Part shown: in pieces, positions 47,503 through 51,355 of the stretch
Position numbering within the stretch: position 1 is the stretch's first letter
Layout: each line of letters starts with the position of its first letter
Sequence record: SRR31156797_647
Direction: 5' to 3' (one strand)
Length of the DNA: 51,355 bases
Notes under the pieces: generated by a model
The model's input: the letters and a program-made list of their open reading frames with translations, nothing else
Databases searched by the model: none
Told to the model about the DNA's origin: nothing
Translations under genes and position numbers: made by a program

Positions 47503-47540
47503 AAATCCCAATAGAAAATTAACATCTGTTGGGATTTTTT
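47503..47540 (+). terminator. intrinsic terminator closing the 43966-47445 operon
   Basis: AAATCCCAATAGA/TCTGTTGGGATTT stem plus a T run. Confidence 0.75.
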
Positions 47541-47589
47541 GTGCGACATAATTAGTAAATTAGCCTTAATCTTTAAATTATATACAGAT

Positions 47590-48273
47590 ATGAATCTAAA
47601 TTTAGTTGATCAGTTAACCCTTCTTGCATTAGATGATGATAAGGGAAGTATTGTTGCGGACTCTTTCTCTTTTGGTTACGGATTGGCTGGGGCTGTAATT
47701 CTTGAATTATCCTTACAAGAAAGAATTGAGATTAAAGAGAAGAAGATAGAAGTAAAATCCAGTGCTAGTTGTAATGATATTTTATTGGATTACTTTTTGG
47801 ATATGATTCGCAATTCGAAAAAGAAAAGAAAGATTCAAACTTGGGTTGAGATGATGGGAAACAAGGCAGATCATATTAAGGATGAAACTGTAAACAAGCT
47901 GATAGATGATGGCATTTTAACCAGAAAAGAGGAAAAGATTCTTTGGGTATTTTCTAATGATAAATATCCGACCAAAAATGCCAAGCCCGAAAACGAATTG
48001 AGAAAACGCTTGAATGATATTCTTTTAAACCAGCGAGAAATTAGCTCAAAGGAAGCCATGTTGATTAGTCTTATTGATATGTGTGATCTTAATAAAGAAG
48101 TGTTTGGAAAAGAAAGAGCGAAGGAGTACAAAAAGAAGATAAAAGCAATTATTGAAGAAGCACAGCTAAGTTCCGAAGTAGGAAAAGCGGTGAAAGAAAT
48201 TCACGATGCTTTAATGGCTGTGGTCATCATGCTTATAACCACCTCAACTACAACAGCTGTAATTAGCAGCTAA
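47590..48273 (+). CDS. GPP34/GOLPH3-family protein
   Basis: LVDQLTLLALDDDKG...GLAGAVILEL...KILWVF...YP pattern. ATG at 47590. Confidence 0.8.
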   Translation: MNLNLVDQLTLLALDDDKGSIVADSFSFGYGLAGAVILELSLQERIEIKEKKIEVKSSASCNDILLDYFLDMIRNSKKKRKIQTWVEMMGNKADHIKDETVNKLIDDGILTRKEEKILWVFSNDKYPTKNAKPENELRKRLNDILLNQREISSKEAMLISLIDMCDLNKEVFGKERAKEYKKKIKAIIEEAQLSSEVGKAVKEIHDALMAVVIMLITTSTTTAVISS

Positions 48274-48304
48274 TAGAATTGAAGAAAATATTCTGCCCCG
48301 GGAT

Positions 48305-49036
48305 CTATTCCGGGCTAATTTTTGTTTTCCGTGTGCGTTTTCTGAACTTGGTAATTCTTTCAGCATAATACAGTTGTAATTCCTCAACAAACAAAAGAGG
48401 ATCTGAGTATTCCTTAAGAACAATATAGGTTCGACGACTCTTTGCTATTATTAAGAGTTCTTCCAAACGTTCCTTTTCTCTTTCGAGATACAAATCCTGG
48501 GTTTGATTCTTTTGAAACGTTTCTGAATCTTCGATTGATTGTTGTAGCGCATTGCCACTAAATATATGGGCATGATACAACTGCAAATCCTGCAAGCTTC
48601 CTGTGCGATAAATATCAATGAGTTTGGAAGTAATATCAGTGGCCAAATCCATCTTGTCTTCGTTCATTGAGAATTTATCGGGATGAACATGTAGCATGGC
48701 TTCACGGTACAAGCGCTTTTTCTCTTTCGCTTCCTCAGGTTTAGATACTTTAGTTTTATTATTGGGTAGAAGCTTAAGACCAATGGGTTCGCGATAATTC
48801 TTCCCGCGTCGCTTCTGTTCTAATCGTTTCTCTTTTTTAGCCTTTTTCTGTTTTTTATATAGAACAGTGAGTTCCTGCAACTCCACAATCTCATTGGTTA
48901 AACGAGCACGAAGGATGTTTTCAAAGGCAAGAGTTTCTTGTTCGATGAGATCTAATTCCTTTTGCAAAGCGTCAATGCTTAACTGCAGAACCGACTGATC
49001 ATTATCATTCAAATGGGGAAGTTTCTTTTCCTTCAT
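48305..49036 (-). CDS. coiled-coil protein with a central J-domain-like HPD motif
   Basis: KKRLYREAMLHVHPDK. ATG at 49036. Confidence 0.65.
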   Translation of the reverse strand: MKEKKLPHLNDNDQSVLQLSIDALQKELDLIEQETLAFENILRARLTNEIVELQELTVLYKKQKKAKKEKRLEQKRRGKNYREPIGLKLLPNNKTKVSKPEEAKEKKRLYREAMLHVHPDKFSMNEDKMDLATDITSKLIDIYRTGSLQDLQLYHAHIFSGNALQQSIEDSETFQKNQTQDLYLEREKERLEELLIIAKSRRTYIVLKEYSDPLLFVEELQLYYAERITKFRKRTRKTKISPE

Positions 49037-49052
49037 TGGTTTACAAGTGCAA

Positions 49053-50177
49053 TTAAGAAAACATCTTACGATAGCAACGCTTGCGTTTGTGTTGTACATG
49101 GTCGAAAGATTTCCACAATTGAATGGCTACATAATTATTCTCTAACATTCCAGTGGTTTCAGCAAATCGTAATCCATCGGCATTCGAGGTTTTTAACAAT
49201 TCATTCATTAATATCGAAACAAAGCCTAATTTTTGGGATTTGTAATCTACACCAGTAAGCATTAAATCCATTTCGCATGGATTTTCTAAACTCTTTTTAA
49301 TGTGCCACCATCCGAAAGGAAAGAGTTTTCCTTTCGCTTTTTGCATTGCCTTTGATAAGGATGGAATCGCAATAATAAAGCCCATTAACTGATCTTCCTG
49401 ACTCGTAATGATTTTTACGTATCGAGGATTCAGAATTGGGAAATATTTTGAAACATAGAATCGAATTAATTTCTCGGGTAATTTAAACGTGCCAAACAGA
49501 TCCGCGAAAGCATCATTAAATACGTTAAAAATTTTTTCCTTATACGGTTCCAGTTCTTTTTTAGTGGTGAAATTAAGGATGTTTAAATGGTGTCGTTTTT
49601 GAATTAAATCAGCCAGACGACTTGCTTTCGCAGGAGTTTCTTCGGGCAAGCTAATTCTAAATTCAAGCCAATCGATCTCTTTGAGATAAGAGAAATTCTC
49701 AAAATGATTCTGATAGTATGCAAAATGATAATCAGAAGCTATAGAAGGCAACCATTCATGCCCTTCGATTAATACACCAGCATGATCGAGATTAGAAAAA
49801 CCAAGAGGTCCCATGGCACCAATCATACCTTTTTCTTTTAGCCAATTTTCAGCAACTGTAAACAACTGTTTCGAAATGGCAGGATCATCAATAAACTCCA
49901 TACGAGTGATTCGCCCCATTTTTTCACCAGTTTTATCAATGGCTAGTTGATTAACAATAGCACCAATACGACCCACAACTTTATTGTCATGATAAGCAAG
50001 CCAAAATTTAGCGGTACAAAATTCAAAGGCAGGATTCTTTTCGGGAAGCAACAATTCCAACTCTCCAGACTTTATAGGAGGAACCCAGAATTTGTTGTCT
50101 TTATAGAGTTCGTAAGGGAAATTAACAAAGGCTTTGCGTTGGCGTTTATTTTGTACTTCTATAATTTGAATGGTCAT
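49053..50177 (-). CDS. GNAT-like (YghO-type) protein
   Basis: FVNFPYELYKDNKFWVPP, VVGRIGAI, GVLIEG and KGKLFPFGW motifs. Confidence 0.75.
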   Translation of the reverse strand: MTIQIIEVQNKRQRKAFVNFPYELYKDNKFWVPPIKSGELELLLPEKNPAFEFCTAKFWLAYHDNKVVGRIGAIVNQLAIDKTGEKMGRITRMEFIDDPAISKQLFTVAENWLKEKGMIGAMGPLGFSNLDHAGVLIEGHEWLPSIASDYHFAYYQNHFENFSYLKEIDWLEFRISLPEETPAKASRLADLIQKRHHLNILNFTTKKELEPYKEKIFNVFNDAFADLFGTFKLPEKLIRFYVSKYFPILNPRYVKIITSQEDQLMGFIIAIPSLSKAMQKAKGKLFPFGWWHIKKSLENPCEMDLMLTGVDYKSQKLGFVSILMNELLKTSNADGLRFAETTGMLENNYVAIQLWKSFDHVQHKRKRCYRKMFS

Positions 50178-50490
50178 ATTTAAAATTTATTCTAGAATAA
50201 GGAATACAAATAGACCTTAGGGTAGATGAGGGGTAAATATTCGGTAAATGTATACAATTCAGCCTTATTTTTTTCTATGTATTTAAATCTGTAAAGGTGA
50301 TCTTGCTTTAAGATTCTAGTACGAAGAGTTTTGACTGTTCTAGTATAGAATATTTCTAAAACTATTCATAGTAGTTTTTGCTTAGAAAAGAGATGAAATA
50401 GGAGAAGAGGAGTGATACTAAAGGACAGATGTCCCATCTTATCCTGTCATTTTAATTATCTTCGTTTTATCACGAACAAAAAACAAAAGA

Positions 50491-51141
50491 ATGAAAGCTC
50501 AAAATATCATAGATAGAACCGTAGAATTCGTAAAACAAACACTAATTGATGCTGAAGGAGGACACGATTGGTGGCACATTTATCGCGTTTGGAAAACTGC
50601 CAGACAGATTGCCAAAAAGGAGGATGTTGATTTGTTTATAGTAGAATTGGGCGCTTTGTTGCACGATATTGCTGACTCTAAATTCCACAATGGCGATGAG
50701 AGCATAGGACCTAAAAAGGCAAGGGCTTTTTTAGAATCTTTACAAGTTGATGAGGCTGTAATTGTACACGTAGAAAACATTATTAGCAACATCTCCTTTA
50801 AAGGTGGAAAAGAGGCTCAAAAGTTTACATCACTGGAATTGGATGTGATACAAGATGCCGATCGTATGGATGCTATAGGTGCCATTGGTATCGCACGAAC
50901 CTTTAATTATGGTGGGCACAAAAACAGGGAGATCTACAATCCTGAAATTGCACCCAATTTAAATATGACAAAAGAGGAGTATAAAAACAGTACAGCACCA
51001 ACCATCAATCATTTTTATGAGAAGTTATTGTTACTGAAGGATCGTATGAATACCAAAGCAGGTAAAGCTATGGCTGAAAAGCGCCACACATTTATGGAAC
51101 AATACCTTGAGGAGTTCTACGGCGAGTGGGAAGGAAGGTAG
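50491..51141 (+). CDS. HD-domain phosphohydrolase (YedJ-like)
   Basis: GHDWWH, LLHD, QDADRMDAIGAIG and HFYEKLL motifs. Confidence 0.9.
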   Translation: MKAQNIIDRTVEFVKQTLIDAEGGHDWWHIYRVWKTARQIAKKEDVDLFIVELGALLHDIADSKFHNGDESIGPKKARAFLESLQVDEAVIVHVENIISNISFKGGKEAQKFTSLELDVIQDADRMDAIGAIGIARTFNYGGHKNREIYNPEIAPNLNMTKEEYKNSTAPTINHFYEKLLLLKDRMNTKAGKAMAEKRHTFMEQYLEEFYGEWEGR

Positions 51142-51355
51142 AAGTTGCCAATAGGTAACAATTGTAATGTAAAGATCAAGTAGCTTGACTTGGAAGTGAT
51201 ACCAATAGCAATTGCAAAGATCCAGTGAGCATGTGAAATTGCTTATGAGAAAACACAACATAAGTAGAGCCAATTGGAAATCATATTCGTTGTAATTTCA
51301 ATTGAAATGAGGACTAAGGGAAATCGACTTAAGTACCAATGACAATTGGCTTAAG

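Noticed and set aside
816-51273. Many 60-140 aa ORFs antisense to or nested in recognised genes (e.g. 842..1168, 3134..3550, 13263..13610, 26350..26760, 47143..47511)
   Set aside because: Shadow frames of well-supported genes, with no recognisable motifs or independent expression signals.

Overview
AT-rich chromosomal window from a Bacteroidota bacterium. The gene set, TAnnTTTG -7 promoters and a T9SS type-B substrate suggest an anaerobic or facultative Marinilabiliales/Marinifilaceae-like organism (inference). Left to right: the 5' end of a tRNA-Ser; a pterin-cofactor operon (MobB-like P-loop protein, moeA, short moaA, moaC, MOSC-MogA fusion, no moaD/moaE) behind a Moco-motif riboswitch that lacks P3 (tungsten-type) and has its own terminator; a CDF transporter; a HAD hydrolase; thrABC preceded by an unannotated 40-aa Met/Thr/Ile-rich leader peptide; HU; TrmH; a LytTR regulator; a class III aminotransferase; DPP III; a degenerate 21-bp quasi-palindrome array; a DUF5686-type outer-membrane protein; an ABC pair; htpG with a sigma54-like promoter; a chimeric PAS/HAMP kinase; a DEAD-box helicase; a class I aminotransferase; two paralogous beta-barrels; fprA and an HcpR-like Crp/Fnr regulator; an ABC-2 pair; a T9SS protein; a GPP34-family protein; an HPD/J-like protein; a GNAT-like protein; an HD hydrolase. 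The best candidate for an uncharacterised system is the operon at 43966-47445, which sits behind a TGTAAC-N4-GTTACA palindrome. It encodes a signal-less 'substrate-binding' protein, a Cys-rich HypB/UreG-like GTPase, an ABC ATPase with no permease, and a small MHD-start CxxC/CxxC protein. It looks like a cytoplasmic metal-cofactor assembly or repair machine tied to nitrosative stress, not a transporter. No CRISPR array, integrase or transposase was seen. All calls come from reading the sequence; no database searches were run.
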